A stretch of 64,000 nt of DNA from an uncultured Pseudomonadales bacterium (GCA_964441155.1 CAYYKL010000001.1:152393-216392); one strand, 5' to 3'. Counted from the stretch's first letter, positions 1 through 10,615 are shown. The notes: generated by a model from the sequence alone, not told the origin. Made by a program: numbers and translations.

Positions 1-49
1 AAATGATTATCTGTCGGGAAAAAATGATTTTAATTATTTTAAAAGCCTA

Positions 50-1399
50 ATGAAGCAAACACTTCAACAACCAGGCAATGAATTCGCTTTCGCAGTGCTT
101 GGACTTGAAAATAGCATGCATGCCGAATTTCAAGATGAATATTTCAAACAAATTAACTACATAAAAGAATTGTCTATGATTGACGAGCGAATTAAAATTG
201 TTACTGCAAACAATTTAAGAGACCTCGTTTTAGAAAATTCTCCATCTATACTTTCTGGCGGTGATTTAACAAACAACTCAAACGAGAAAGCATGGTGGAT
301 TACTACCAGCACCTACCGCTTAAGACTTCGATATGACGGCAATAATCTCTTCATAAACGATGCTAGACTCTACAGCGATTCAATTCCCGATCCCTATCTC
401 ACTGAGGCACTATCGCTACCTAATGGTTATTGGATCACTCCATTTATATTAGATAGTTCGCGCGTCAACAAAGAATTTGCAACCATGAACCAAAAACCTT
501 TTAGCTTATTAGAATCCATACTTGCAATAAGTCCATTCTCAACTCCCAAAGATTCTGGCCACTTTTTTGAACCTGGAGCCTCACCTGATTTAGGAAAAAC
601 ATCACCGGCTATCTACTTGCCGAAGCCAGACGCGACAAGCTTATTTAGCATTGAGCGCGCCAATTCGGAGATTAGTTTTAAATACTCGAGCAAAAAGAAT
701 ACACAAACGCTGATATTTCAGAATGATTCTTTCCAATTGCCTCAAAATACACACATCAGTAGCCTTACTTCAACTAGTCTAATTAACCTTGATCAATCCA
801 GTGACATTGTTTCAATTCCCTCTATTAAATTACATGAAAGTTCGCTCTCATGGATTAATGGCGAAGACAGTGCTTTCGGGTTGAATGTTGATAACAATAG
901 TGAGCGCTACGTGTTTACTCCATTCTTTAAAGAAAATATAGATTGGGTATTGATGCGGCAAAAATTTGCTTACACCTTTAACCCTGAGGCTCATGCAAAT
1001 ACATTAAGCAAAGAGAATACGATATTTTATGCACATAATCCGCAAGCAATTGCAGGAAATAATCCAGTTCGATTTATTCTTCAAGGTTACGACTCGGACA
1101 ATCTGCCAATTGCCATTAAGGATGTCAGTGTAGACACACAAAATGATTCTGAGGTTTCAGTGCAGACACATAAACCAACTCAATTCAATGGTGGATGGTG
1201 GATCGATATATCAAGCCAAAGTTCCGGCACAAAAGATGTTCAAATTAATTTTGACAACATCTCGCGAACTACCAAAGCATATTTTATTGAAAACTGCAGA
1301 ACTCATGCAATCAACTGCGTTAAAAATCCCCTTCAAGGAGCACAGTTTCTAAAAGTGAAATTATTGGCGAAAATTGAGTCATTATCACATAAATGGTAA
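50..1399 (+). CDS. Hypothetical Ser/Thr/Asn-rich protein, probably extracellular. The reading frame stays open upstream to nt 2, so it may be 5'-truncated by the window edge.
   Basis: Long ORF with no stop in frame between nt 2 and the first ATG at 50. No Shine-Dalgarno sequence and no N-terminal signal peptide after that ATG. The composition is low in hydrophobic residues and rich in S/T/N, which is typical of surface proteins. I recognise no family motif. Confidence 0.45.
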   Translation: MKQTLQQPGNEFAFAVLGLENSMHAEFQDEYFKQINYIKELSMIDERIKIVTANNLRDLVLENSPSILSGGDLTNNSNEKAWWITTSTYRLRLRYDGNNLFINDARLYSDSIPDPYLTEALSLPNGYWITPFILDSSRVNKEFATMNQKPFSLLESILAISPFSTPKDSGHFFEPGASPDLGKTSPAIYLPKPDATSLFSIERANSEISFKYSSKKNTQTLIFQNDSFQLPQNTHISSLTSTSLINLDQSSDIVSIPSIKLHESSLSWINGEDSAFGLNVDNNSERYVFTPFFKENIDWVLMRQKFAYTFNPEAHANTLSKENTIFYAHNPQAIAGNNPVRFILQGYDSDNLPIAIKDVSVDTQNDSEVSVQTHKPTQFNGGWWIDISSQSSGTKDVQINFDNISRTTKAYFIENCRTHAINCVKNPLQGAQFLKVKLLAKIESLSHKW

Positions 1400-1402
1400 T
1401 GC

Positions 1403-3667
1403 CTATTGTCTCTTAGATGAAAGTTTAGGTTTGATTATTTGAATTGCGATACATGTTGCAAGCGTTGCTATGCTTGCTAGCATACCTAAACACATGTTTT
1501 TCGGAATATATTTCAACTCAACTAAATTATTTCCTGAATGAATACCTAAAAGCCTCATGCCTTGGTAATTCTGAATCGCTGTTGGAACACCATTAATCCG
1601 TGCTTGCCAATTCTTATCATACCTATCTGCAATTATGACACTTTGCTGATTTCTTAAGTTGTTGAACTCAAACTTAATCGTGTTAGGAGTTTCTTGAAAA
1701 CTGCTAAATTCGATGTCTGAATCATTTGCATAACGAATTCTGAGCAATGCATCGAGATGATACGTAGAAATTGAATCTAGCCCATTCATCAAGGGGTAAT
1801 TGCTGAACTGCTTTCCTGGATCAAATTGGTTATCAACAATAAGCGTGTCAACGCTCCATTCCTTTAACAACGGGTTTTTGAGGTCAATGTAATCGATAAA
1901 ATTTATGCGCGGCTCTTTTGATGTTTGCCAAATTGAGGCAAAATCTTTAGGCAACAAAGTTGCATAACCATTGATAATAGGGATATTAAATGGCATATTC
2001 CAATTGGGTGTTTTGGAACTAATTAGATTGTTCAACCGGTTAATTTGGAGGGTGCCGCTCAAGTTTTGAGTTGATTTTGAAAAAGGTTTTTTTAGAGATA
2101 TTTCTTCCCAATAGGAATTGAAGTCGATATATGGTTGATTGGTATTATTTGTAATTTTCCTGGAAAGTGTTTGAAATTGTGAAGACAATTGATTGTTTTC
2201 ACGTATTTTTTCCCAGGTTGGGAATATATTTTTTGGTCCAAAAAATAACACGCCTTGCGTGTGGACAATAAGGTCAAGTGTTATTAATACAACCACAAGA
2301 AAATAGCGCTTGCTTCGCAAAGCCAAGAGCACAAGCCATGAAAAAAGTAAAACTAGGCTGAAATCAGCAAGTATGACTTGAAAGATTTTATGATCTTTTT
2401 CTAGTGTATGAAAATGGCTTTGAGATAATACATTGCCCAGAATAACATTTGTTTTACTCCACAACAGGGAGAATTGTTGGGCAGGCCAAAGCACAATTAA
2501 GAGACTGATACAGAAAAGCATCACGATAGGCAAAATCTTTGAAGCTATTATCGTTAATTGAAGTTTTCCCAGTAAAAAAATTTGTTGAGGAATAAGCAGA
2601 CTAGCGAAAAAAGTTATGGGAATCATTGCCATTGAAGGGTATCGGGCAAATTTCAACATTGGTAGCAACTCAAAAACCGAATGAAACCCGGGTATATACG
2701 AGCCCAGTGAAAATAAAAATAACCCACCAAAAACTATCAGCCAATATCGATTGCGCTTCAAAAAGATACCCAACCCCAAAAGACCTGGCAATCCAAAATA
2801 GAAGAGGGCGTGGGGAAAGCCAGCAAATGCAGGACCCCAACGAAAGCCCGCTGACGGTAAGTCGAATAGATAGGGCAAAATAATTTTTGGCAACATCATT
2901 GGATTTAGCGATCCAACCATTGCTTGTGTCGAATTTTGGATCGACCGTGTTGATTCACTTAAAACTCTCACAAACGGAAGCCAGGCTAAAGCCGTGATGC
3001 CCAAGACAATTAACCCAGATTTCATCCAATTTAGCATCCATGCTCGCATTTGAAAGTTTTTATGCTTTATTGTGAGACATACATCAAGAAGAACTGTCGT
3101 CATAATTGAATAAAGAACATGTTGTGGGTAACCTGCCATGAATTGTGCAAGTATTAATAAGCCAAAAATAATTCTTCCCCATTTTTTCTTAGTTAAATTG
3201 AGCGATCCTAGCACCACCCAGGGAAACCACGCAATTGATTGAAGTGTCACTATGTTGTTAATTGAATACGTCAACTGAGGCGAAAAAGTCCACATTATCA
3301 TCGCGAGCGCTGCTTGTCTGCTATTTGGCAATATATTTTTGGCAACAAAATACATCCCTATTCCTGTAAAAAACAGATGTGATGCAATAGTGATATTCAG
3401 TGCGTGAGATGGATCAAAAAGTAGAAAAAATAGTTGAGTAGGATAAAACACGAACTGAGAAATATCCTCCGCCCAGGGTATGCCGGCAAAAATTGTTGGA
3501 TTCCACCACGGGATGATTCCCTGCCTTAGCCAATAGGCGGAATACATTTTAACCGGCACTTGCAGAGAAACATTGTCTCCAAATGAAAACGTATTTCCAA
3601 AAAAAACTGGGAATATTCTAACTACTACACCAATAATGAGAATTATTAACCAATACCATTTTTTCAT
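1403..3667 (-). CDS. YfhO-family polytopic membrane protein, a putative GT-C-type glycosyltransferase.
   Basis: 754 aa with many predicted TM helices. The N-terminal motif IPWWNPTIFAGIPWAED is characteristic of the YfhO family. An ATGA overlap with the upstream gene at 3664-3667 suggests translational coupling. Confidence 0.6.
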   Translation of the reverse strand: MKKWYWLIILIIGVVVRIFPVFFGNTFSFGDNVSLQVPVKMYSAYWLRQGIIPWWNPTIFAGIPWAEDISQFVFYPTQLFFLLFDPSHALNITIASHLFFTGIGMYFVAKNILPNSRQAALAMIMWTFSPQLTYSINNIVTLQSIAWFPWVVLGSLNLTKKKWGRIIFGLLILAQFMAGYPQHVLYSIMTTVLLDVCLTIKHKNFQMRAWMLNWMKSGLIVLGITALAWLPFVRVLSESTRSIQNSTQAMVGSLNPMMLPKIILPYLFDLPSAGFRWGPAFAGFPHALFYFGLPGLLGLGIFLKRNRYWLIVFGGLFLFSLGSYIPGFHSVFELLPMLKFARYPSMAMIPITFFASLLIPQQIFLLGKLQLTIIASKILPIVMLFCISLLIVLWPAQQFSLLWSKTNVILGNVLSQSHFHTLEKDHKIFQVILADFSLVLLFSWLVLLALRSKRYFLVVVLITLDLIVHTQGVLFFGPKNIFPTWEKIRENNQLSSQFQTLSRKITNNTNQPYIDFNSYWEEISLKKPFSKSTQNLSGTLQINRLNNLISSKTPNWNMPFNIPIINGYATLLPKDFASIWQTSKEPRINFIDYIDLKNPLLKEWSVDTLIVDNQFDPGKQFSNYPLMNGLDSISTYHLDALLRIRYANDSDIEFSSFQETPNTIKFEFNNLRNQQSVIIADRYDKNWQARINGVPTAIQNYQGMRLLGIHSGNNLVELKYIPKNMCLGMLASIATLATCIAIQIIKPKLSSKRQ

Positions 3668-4929
3668 TTATCTGCTTTTAAGAATGTGTTTAACCCCAAT
3701 TGAAAATTAGTTACTTGGACGTGCTTAAATCCAGCATCAGAAAAAATCTTATATAATCGTGATTTCGTAAAATAATTTTTGTGCTGAGCAATCATGTCTG
3801 GTCTGACGATCCGAACCTTAGCTAAAAACTCCAATATCGGCTTAACTGGAGGTGCTGGAACAGTTAGCAGCACTTGACCACCTTTTTTAGTTATGCGATG
3901 CAATTCTTTCACTACTTGCTCTGGGTAATCTAAATGCTCAAGTACTGCAAGCATTGTAACGGTGTCTGCAAATTCTGCGGGGAGTGGGAGATACTCATCA
4001 AAATTGGCGTATTTTATTTCGATGTTGTTTTCTTTTCGGTCAACAACGGCAATATCTAAGCCAATTAGTTTAAAGAATTTGTTTTGAAATGCTAAAAGTG
4101 TAAGTGGTGGATCGTCACAGCCAACATCAACCAATACTTCAGCTGGCTTTACATATTGAACGACTGGTCTCATGCGAAGTTTTCGCAGCATTGGCTCAAT
4201 TGACCAAATAGGCACTTCGCCTGCTGCATGATTATTTCTCAATCGTATACTGATAATCGTGGCGAGCGCATCAAATCCATCTTTCCAACTTATTTTTTTG
4301 CCCTCCGCATAAGTTCTAGCCGCATAAGAAATGGGTACTTCAACAAGTTTTTCTCCACGCGACAACAATTTACACGTAATTTCTGGTTCAATCGAAAATG
4401 AGTTGGCAGACAATCGAATTGAGCGCATGAGATCAGTGGGAATCACCTTATATCCTGTTTCCATGTCCATGAGAATTGAATTGAATAGGATGTTAACGAC
4501 AAAATTCAAGAACTTATTGCCGACCAAGTGCCAAAAAAACATATTTGTATGGACACCAGTTAAGCGATTGCCATATACCACCGTTGCTCTCCCTCGCTTA
4601 ATGGGATCCAAAAGCTTAGGGATATCAATTGGATCGTATTCTAGATCAGCGTCTTGGATTAACACGTAATTGCCTGTCACTTGTTCAAGTCCAGTGCGAA
4701 TTGCTGCGCCTTTACCCTGATTCTTCTCGTGTTTAATTAGGTGAATTTTGTATGATGATGGCTTAAAGCCTTGAACAATTTTATTGGTGTTGTCAATTGA
4801 AGCGTCATCTACAACAATCACTTCAAACACGAGCTTCGTTTTATCAAGTGCTTTCAATACGCGTTGAATAGTTTTAGCCTCGTTGTACGCAGGAATGAGC
4901 ACGGATAGTGTAATTTCGTTTTGTTTCAT
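3664..4929 (-). CDS. Fusion protein: glycosyltransferase family 2 (N-terminal half) joined to a class I SAM-dependent methyltransferase (C-terminal half).
   Basis: N-terminal half: LSVLIPAYNE...VIVVDDASIDNT...IQDADLEYDP are GT2 DxD-type motifs. C-terminal half: VLVDVGCDD...VTMLAVLEHL...KKGGQVLLTVP are methyltransferase motif I and the post-motif signatures. Start moved to the ATG of MKQNEITLSV at 4929. The track start at 4962 lies inside the upstream gene. Confidence 0.7.
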   Translation of the reverse strand: MKQNEITLSVLIPAYNEAKTIQRVLKALDKTKLVFEVIVVDDASIDNTNKIVQGFKPSSYKIHLIKHEKNQGKGAAIRTGLEQVTGNYVLIQDADLEYDPIDIPKLLDPIKRGRATVVYGNRLTGVHTNMFFWHLVGNKFLNFVVNILFNSILMDMETGYKVIPTDLMRSIRLSANSFSIEPEITCKLLSRGEKLVEVPISYAARTYAEGKKISWKDGFDALATIISIRLRNNHAAGEVPIWSIEPMLRKLRMRPVVQYVKPAEVLVDVGCDDPPLTLLAFQNKFFKLIGLDIAVVDRKENNIEIKYANFDEYLPLPAEFADTVTMLAVLEHLDYPEQVVKELHRITKKGGQVLLTVPAPPVKPILEFLAKVRIVRPDMIAQHKNYFTKSRLYKIFSDAGFKHVQVTNFQLGLNTFLKADK

Positions 4930-4931
4930 GA

Positions 4932-5810
4932 TTAGATTTTTAATTTCCTTCTTAATTGCCAAAGTGTTCGTTTCATCCCAGTAGTACTAATCACATTGTG
5001 GTTTGCTCGCCAATATGCCATGTCTCTCATGAGAGCTGTCAGCGCCTTGTCCGGATTGAGTTGGAATTCTTTTTTACCCGTTGTCTCCCATGATTTTATG
5101 CTCAATAAACTCTCATACATAGCTTGTAGCATTGCAATGTTTAAACCCAGTACACCATCTTTATGGCCTTCATGATAGAAATACTTACTGAAAAACTCAT
5201 TATAAAATGCGCTAAGTGAATCTTTTCGATCCACACTTTTCTCTGCAACTTTTATCGAGGTGTAGTGATTGGTTCTGGCTACGTATTCGCTCACCGATTC
5301 GTAGTTATGGTGTAGTATGGCTATATTTTCTTGTGCATCAAGCACACCCACTAATCCGTTTACTTTTGGTTGCGCGTGAATTGTTTTGGGCCAAAGAACT
5401 GAATCTTTTCTAAATAATCGAACCACATAATCTGGCCACCAGGCTGCATGTCTTGGCCACATGCCAAACATAATGTTTTTTCGGGGGATTTTCCAGGCAA
5501 CTTCCCTGCCAGAAATTAATTGGGGAATTTTATTCACCAAACCAGGTTGCAACTGCTCATCTGCATCCAGCACCAAAACCCACTCATGCGAAGCTTTTTC
5601 AATCCCAAACATTCGAGCTGGCTCAACATAACCCACATCCTCGTGTTGAAAAATATTTGCTCCATGTTTCTTTGCAAGCATAACCGAATTGTCGCTGCTC
5701 TCCATATCAATCACTACGAGCTCTTGAGCGAAACTGGCCGATTGCAACGCTTTTTCGAGCGTTTTAGCGGAATTCCGTGTGTGAATGATTACTGAAATTG
5801 GGTGTTTCAT
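4932..5810 (-). CDS. Glycosyltransferase family 2.
   Basis: ISVIIHTRNSAKTLEKALQSA...VVIDMESSDNS...LVLDADEQL are GT2-A fold signatures. ATG start. Confidence 0.7.
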   Translation of the reverse strand: MKHPISVIIHTRNSAKTLEKALQSASFAQELVVIDMESSDNSVMLAKKHGANIFQHEDVGYVEPARMFGIEKASHEWVLVLDADEQLQPGLVNKIPQLISGREVAWKIPRKNIMFGMWPRHAAWWPDYVVRLFRKDSVLWPKTIHAQPKVNGLVGVLDAQENIAILHHNYESVSEYVARTNHYTSIKVAEKSVDRKDSLSAFYNEFFSKYFYHEGHKDGVLGLNIAMLQAMYESLLSIKSWETTGKKEFQLNPDKALTALMRDMAYWRANHNVISTTGMKRTLWQLRRKLKI

Positions 5811-5829
5811 TGGTGAACTTACTATAACG

Positions 5830-7278
5830 TTATTTTCTTACAATCTCTATCATTTCTTGTTGAATACGCCTAAATCCAAACAGTGCCAACGCAGTCACAT
5901 ACACAACAAACCCAACACAAACCAACGCTATCACCCCTCTCATACCAATGGAGGTAATTGAGCTCGTAAGCAAGAGTGCCAAAGCCATAATAATGGTTGC
6001 AATCAGTGGTAACCAGACGTTTCGCCAAAACCTAATCGGAATTATTTTTTTAATTATTGATAAAGCCCAAAGGCTCGTGCTTCCAATCACCCCACTCGCC
6101 ACTGCAACCCCGGTAAAGCCAAACCGCATCACTAGAATTGGGGTCAATGTCCAGGTCAGAGCTGTCCAAAATAGCATCAATTTAAGTGTAGTATCAATTT
6201 TCCCAATTGCGTTGAGCGTGTTGGTGAGTGGTGTGGTTATGGCAGAGAAAGCAATATTCAAGCAAAACCAGATTAACGCCGGAATTGCAGGCAACCATTT
6301 GGTGTATTGAGGGATAGAGCGCAACAGAATCGGGGCCACTATACTCATTCCAGCAAGAATAGGAAAGATCACGATGGCAATAAAAAATATACTTTTTTCA
6401 ACTGCTTTTGCCAGACGTTTCTGATCATCTTGAAGTCGGCTATACGTTGGAAACGTAACTGCAATGACATTTTGAACTGAAAATTGATAGGGAAACATGC
6501 TCCAGCGTTTCGCCCACCCAATGTATCCCATTTGTGCTGAAGGCAACCACCAAGCCAAAAAAACAATAAATAAGTCATCTTTAATTCTGGCTAAAAAATC
6601 ATTGAGTTGAAACTTTAAGCCAAAACTGAACATGGCCTTGAAAGACGCTTTGTCCAAAGCTAGGCCGATGGGCCAACTTTGTAATGCGTACATGCACATG
6701 ACACCCACCAGTGAGCGAGCAAGAATTGCTACAGAATAACTTTTGACGCCAAATCCTGCTCGCGCCATCCATACTGCAATACTGTAGAAAAGTAGTGTTT
6801 CGATAATTTGAGGAATCATCAGCCGGTTAAACTTAAGCTGGCGTTCCAATAAGACAGATGGCATCGTCTTAAGACTGGACAACACAAAAGAAAAGGCCAG
6901 AGAATAGAGCAAGGCCAACCCCTGTTCATCTAGATGGCTGACTCGTTTCCACAATGGAGTTGCTGCGAGTGTTAAAGTGAAAATACCCAGAGACAATCCC
7001 AACTGCACAGTAAAAGCAGTTCTCAATTCTTTCTTGGTTGGTTCATGGGGTTGTTGGACTAACCGAGCAGCCAAACCGACATCGGACATAAAAGTAAACA
7101 GACCCATGATCGAAACGACCGCAAAATATATGCCAAAATCACTTGGAGAGAGGTAAGCAGAAAGTAATCCAGTTGCGATGATTGCCACCACTTGCAGAAA
7201 ACCAGTTCGAATCATGTATCCCACTACCCCACTGACTGAGCGGCGCTTGAGTTCTGCAGGGTTCAATTTATTTTTCAT
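5830..7278 (-). CDS. Polysaccharide/oligosaccharide flippase (MOP superfamily, Wzx-like).
   Basis: 482 aa with about 12-14 TM helices. The N-terminus MKNKLNPAELKRRSVSGVVGYMIRTGFLQVV is typical of Wzx/PST exporters. Confidence 0.6.
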   Translation of the reverse strand: MKNKLNPAELKRRSVSGVVGYMIRTGFLQVVAIIATGLLSAYLSPSDFGIYFAVVSIMGLFTFMSDVGLAARLVQQPHEPTKKELRTAFTVQLGLSLGIFTLTLAATPLWKRVSHLDEQGLALLYSLAFSFVLSSLKTMPSVLLERQLKFNRLMIPQIIETLLFYSIAVWMARAGFGVKSYSVAILARSLVGVMCMYALQSWPIGLALDKASFKAMFSFGLKFQLNDFLARIKDDLFIVFLAWWLPSAQMGYIGWAKRWSMFPYQFSVQNVIAVTFPTYSRLQDDQKRLAKAVEKSIFFIAIVIFPILAGMSIVAPILLRSIPQYTKWLPAIPALIWFCLNIAFSAITTPLTNTLNAIGKIDTTLKLMLFWTALTWTLTPILVMRFGFTGVAVASGVIGSTSLWALSIIKKIIPIRFWRNVWLPLIATIIMALALLLTSSITSIGMRGVIALVCVGFVVYVTALALFGFRRIQQEMIEIVRK

Positions 7279-7303
7279 ACTATTTGGAATGCTATACGCT
7301 GTA

Positions 7304-9091
7304 TTATGGCCTACTCAAGCTTCGTTTCATAGTTAATGCAAAGAATTTAAGCGTTTGGCTCATGCCATACACAATGACAAATACCCAGCTAATCGCGCTG
7401 GTGATATTGGCTACTTTTCGCAATGCTGTTTCCGACCACGAAACACTTAGTATCCGAGGGATTGATGATGGGGGTAGCATGTATTCCATAACTGGCAAAT
7501 CAGATGCAACTGTATGAGGCACCTTGACCCCTTCAATCTTCCATTGCCAGCCAGGAAAATTAAAAATATTGGCTCGAATCGTTGTTGGTTGGCTTGTTGG
7601 TGGAACAACAGCTTGAGCAATTGAGGCTGAATCTTTTTGAATCGCAAGCAGTGTGGGAGGAATAGTTTCAAATCGGGACGCTGGAGGATCAAGTTTTTTC
7701 TTCGCATCGGTTACGATTGCACTAAGATTAGGATGGATATAATCAGGGATTGTTTTTGAAAGATCCGTAGAGATAAATCCCTGATTTGCTATTGAAGCTA
7801 CACTTGAATACTTTGTTTCTGGATTAGGTTTAAAATTTTGAACTTCAAATAATAAAAGTGCAAAAATAACGACTGAAAGCACTTTTGCATTTTGTTTACT
7901 TTGAATCGAATACATTGTGGACGAGAATAGAAGTGGCAGTACCAGCAGAGCAAGAGACAGAAACCGCCACGGAAATTGCAAGAAACTCATTTGCCCAAAT
8001 ATGTTCCAAATTAACTGTGACTTTTGACTGGTTAAAAACAAGGTCGCGATAACAATAAGGATCCAGAAAAAAACGTCTGATTTTAACAGCTTTTTTCTAG
8101 ATTTTTTGAAAAGCTTGACACCCATTGCAATGCTGGACAAAATCACGAGCCAACCAGCGGCTCCCAATGAAAAACTAATGCCATCATGAATACCCTCAAT
8201 TGAACCGCCGTATTTGAATTCAGAAAAAAACAACTGCTTCCAATAGACAAAATGTTGAGCATACCCGCCAGCAATACTCGAAAGCTCATCTACTGACGTG
8301 TGTTGTTTTTCAAAATACATAGGAAATAAAAAGAAGGCTGCCATACCAATACCAAGTGAAGTTCCGAAAACAATATATTTCAAAATACTTTTTTGTGTGT
8401 GGGATGGCTTGCCAAGCTGCGCAGCGATTACTGCAAGTATCAATGGCAACCCCATGAGCATCATAAGATTGTGTGACAAAAAAAATAATGCCAAGCTCAG
8501 TGCAAATAAAACCGCTCGATTGAAGGAAGGAGTACGGAATACATTTTGCAACGTCAACAGAGCAACCACTAAGAGCCAAATCCCCCAAAGCTCACCTAAT
8601 GCGCCTCGAACGTAGATGTCAACGGCTCGGTAAGGCAAGTAGGTAAACAGTGCCGCCGAGACAAGCGGAACCAAAAACTGCTTGCCTCCATTTCTGACCA
8701 AGTAGAACATGGCAATGCTCGATCCCCAAGTCGAAAGAAAGAAAAGCAAGGCCACACTCGTTGATGCCGAGATACCAAGAAGGACAAGCAGGGACCCAAG
8801 ATAATATGGCAGAGGCGCGTAAAATGAAAATAGTGGCATACCATAACCAAAGCCTAAATTTTGCGACCATCGAGGGGGGAATTGACCTGAGTTGAGGGTG
8901 TTGACCATTTCAGTAATTCGACCGACGTGCGTGTAATCATGACCGACGAACAAGGGTGAATCAAATAGGTGAAAGGTGGCTGGTAATACCAGAATCAAAC
9001 ACCATAGAGACGGAAGGAAGTAATCGCTTATACGGCACATCAAAGCGGATTTGACAAATGTTTCTTGAAGTTTGAGAAATAATTTTTCCAT
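7304..9091 (-). CDS. Large polytopic membrane protein, putative GT-C-fold glycosyltransferase. Function unknown.
   Basis: About 596 aa from the first ATG (MEKLFLKL). The track start at 9109 is a TTG. Many TM helices, with a conserved-looking HDYTHVGRI...FPPRW...GYGMPLFSFYAPLPYY loop region followed by a large C-terminal soluble part. Confidence 0.4.
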   Translation of the reverse strand: MEKLFLKLQETFVKSALMCRISDYFLPSLWCLILVLPATFHLFDSPLFVGHDYTHVGRITEMVNTLNSGQFPPRWSQNLGFGYGMPLFSFYAPLPYYLGSLLVLLGISASTSVALLFFLSTWGSSIAMFYLVRNGGKQFLVPLVSAALFTYLPYRAVDIYVRGALGELWGIWLLVVALLTLQNVFRTPSFNRAVLFALSLALFFLSHNLMMLMGLPLILAVIAAQLGKPSHTQKSILKYIVFGTSLGIGMAAFFLFPMYFEKQHTSVDELSSIAGGYAQHFVYWKQLFFSEFKYGGSIEGIHDGISFSLGAAGWLVILSSIAMGVKLFKKSRKKLLKSDVFFWILIVIATLFLTSQKSQLIWNIFGQMSFLQFPWRFLSLALLVLPLLFSSTMYSIQSKQNAKVLSVVIFALLLFEVQNFKPNPETKYSSVASIANQGFISTDLSKTIPDYIHPNLSAIVTDAKKKLDPPASRFETIPPTLLAIQKDSASIAQAVVPPTSQPTTIRANIFNFPGWQWKIEGVKVPHTVASDLPVMEYMLPPSSIPRILSVSWSETALRKVANITSAISWVFVIVYGMSQTLKFFALTMKRSLSRP

Positions 9092-9109
9092 GATTAATCT
9101 GGTGTGCAA

Positions 9110-10585
9110 TTATTTTTCTTGAAATTCAAGTAATAACAGTGATGGCCCGCCAAATGGGCGAGGATACTTTTGAATTAAAACCAATCCTGGCGGAAGTGGG
9201 TTGCCCACAAACCGATGCTCGTTGACCACAATAAATTTCCGATCAAAACCTGGTGTTTCAGCAAGGAACTTGGGAACACCGAATATAGGCAAGCCCACAC
9301 CTTCAACGCGCATATTATCAAGCTCTGGCTTTCCATCAAGATATATCATTAGGCCATCAGGGAGTGTGCCAAAAAAACCCTCTGTCGCAACCAATACTTT
9401 TTGCATTTTGGCTATTTCAAGGAAAAAGTCTGCCGACTCTTTAATGCCATGCCCAGAAGACCAATCAGTTAAAAATTGGACTCTGTCCTCAATGGGAAAT
9501 GGAGCGGCATTGGGCCTAAATATGAGGAAATAATTCCAATACATGCAATAACCAACGAATAATAACGCAACAATTATTCTGATTTTGGACGCTAAAGTGC
9601 TCAACGTAATGGTCATTAAAGGCACAATAAAAATAAGACTGGGCAAGATATATCTGGAGCTTAAAACTTTTCCAGTGACTAAAAAAGGTAATAACCAAAA
9701 AAACAACCCCAACAATAAATTTCGGGTAATATAATTTTTCTGTTTAATAAGGACTAAACACAATAACAAAAGAGGACTGCAATACATTAATAGCCATTTA
9801 CCCATGCGATAACCATTTATGGTCATAATGTGGAGCGGCCGAGCAACAATGTCGCCTAAACCATAGGCAAAATCAGCACTTCGATTGAATAAAAAAGGAA
9901 AGAATTCCGAAAAAGCCATTAACCCAAGCATACTTAAGCCCAACATGAAGCCTATGCTCATTTTGAACAAATGAAACCGATTTAATATAATTTTTCTTGA
10001 GTAGAATGTGTTAAAAAGTATCACTGGATAGATGGGTGAAAAGTAAAAAGCTGAAGTTTTAGTGATGAGTGCTAAACCCCAAAATAATCCCGGCAAGAGT
10101 GCGTGATAACGTGAAACAACACTCTTGCTAAGTATTTTGAAGTAAGCGTATGTACTCAACGCCAGCCAAAAAGTGAGTGTCATATCAATGAGTGCCATGC
10201 GGCCATACATTACCGAAAAAGGAAGAAGCATCCAAATAAAAAATGCTATCCAAAATTGAGATCGTTTATGAGAAACCTGATATGCAATTCCGGCAATTAC
10301 TACTCCGCTCGCCAATCCCATCACCACTGAAAACGCTCTGGCCATCCACAAAGCATTAAGTTTAAGCGGAACTAAAAGCGATATTAGCCAGATATAAAGC
10401 GGAGATTTTCCATCATACAGTGGAAAAAAGGCAAATTTTTCTGGCTCTCTAAAAAAATATTGACTCCAGCGTATATAAATTGCTTCATCGGCAAATACTG
10501 GCAAACCCGTTAAGTTAATGAGTAAAAGTAACCCAAAAAATAAACAAATGCATATTAAAAGAAGAGTTTCTCGGCGCATGAGCAT
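9110..10585 (-). CDS. Glycosyltransferase family 39 / ArnT-PMT-like membrane glycosyltransferase (GT-C).
   Basis: 491 aa, polytopic. The first extracytoplasmic loop carries DEAIYIRW, resembling the ArnT/PMT acidic motif. The TM topology is typical of polyprenyl-phosphate-sugar-dependent transferases. Confidence 0.5.
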   Translation of the reverse strand: MLMRRETLLLICICLFFGLLLLINLTGLPVFADEAIYIRWSQYFFREPEKFAFFPLYDGKSPLYIWLISLLVPLKLNALWMARAFSVVMGLASGVVIAGIAYQVSHKRSQFWIAFFIWMLLPFSVMYGRMALIDMTLTFWLALSTYAYFKILSKSVVSRYHALLPGLFWGLALITKTSAFYFSPIYPVILFNTFYSRKIILNRFHLFKMSIGFMLGLSMLGLMAFSEFFPFLFNRSADFAYGLGDIVARPLHIMTINGYRMGKWLLMYCSPLLLLCLVLIKQKNYITRNLLLGLFFWLLPFLVTGKVLSSRYILPSLIFIVPLMTITLSTLASKIRIIVALLFVGYCMYWNYFLIFRPNAAPFPIEDRVQFLTDWSSGHGIKESADFFLEIAKMQKVLVATEGFFGTLPDGLMIYLDGKPELDNMRVEGVGLPIFGVPKFLAETPGFDRKFIVVNEHRFVGNPLPPGLVLIQKYPRPFGGPSLLLLEFQEK

Positions 10586-10615
10586 TATTGTATAGCATGT
10601 TAGCTCGCTTCACAT

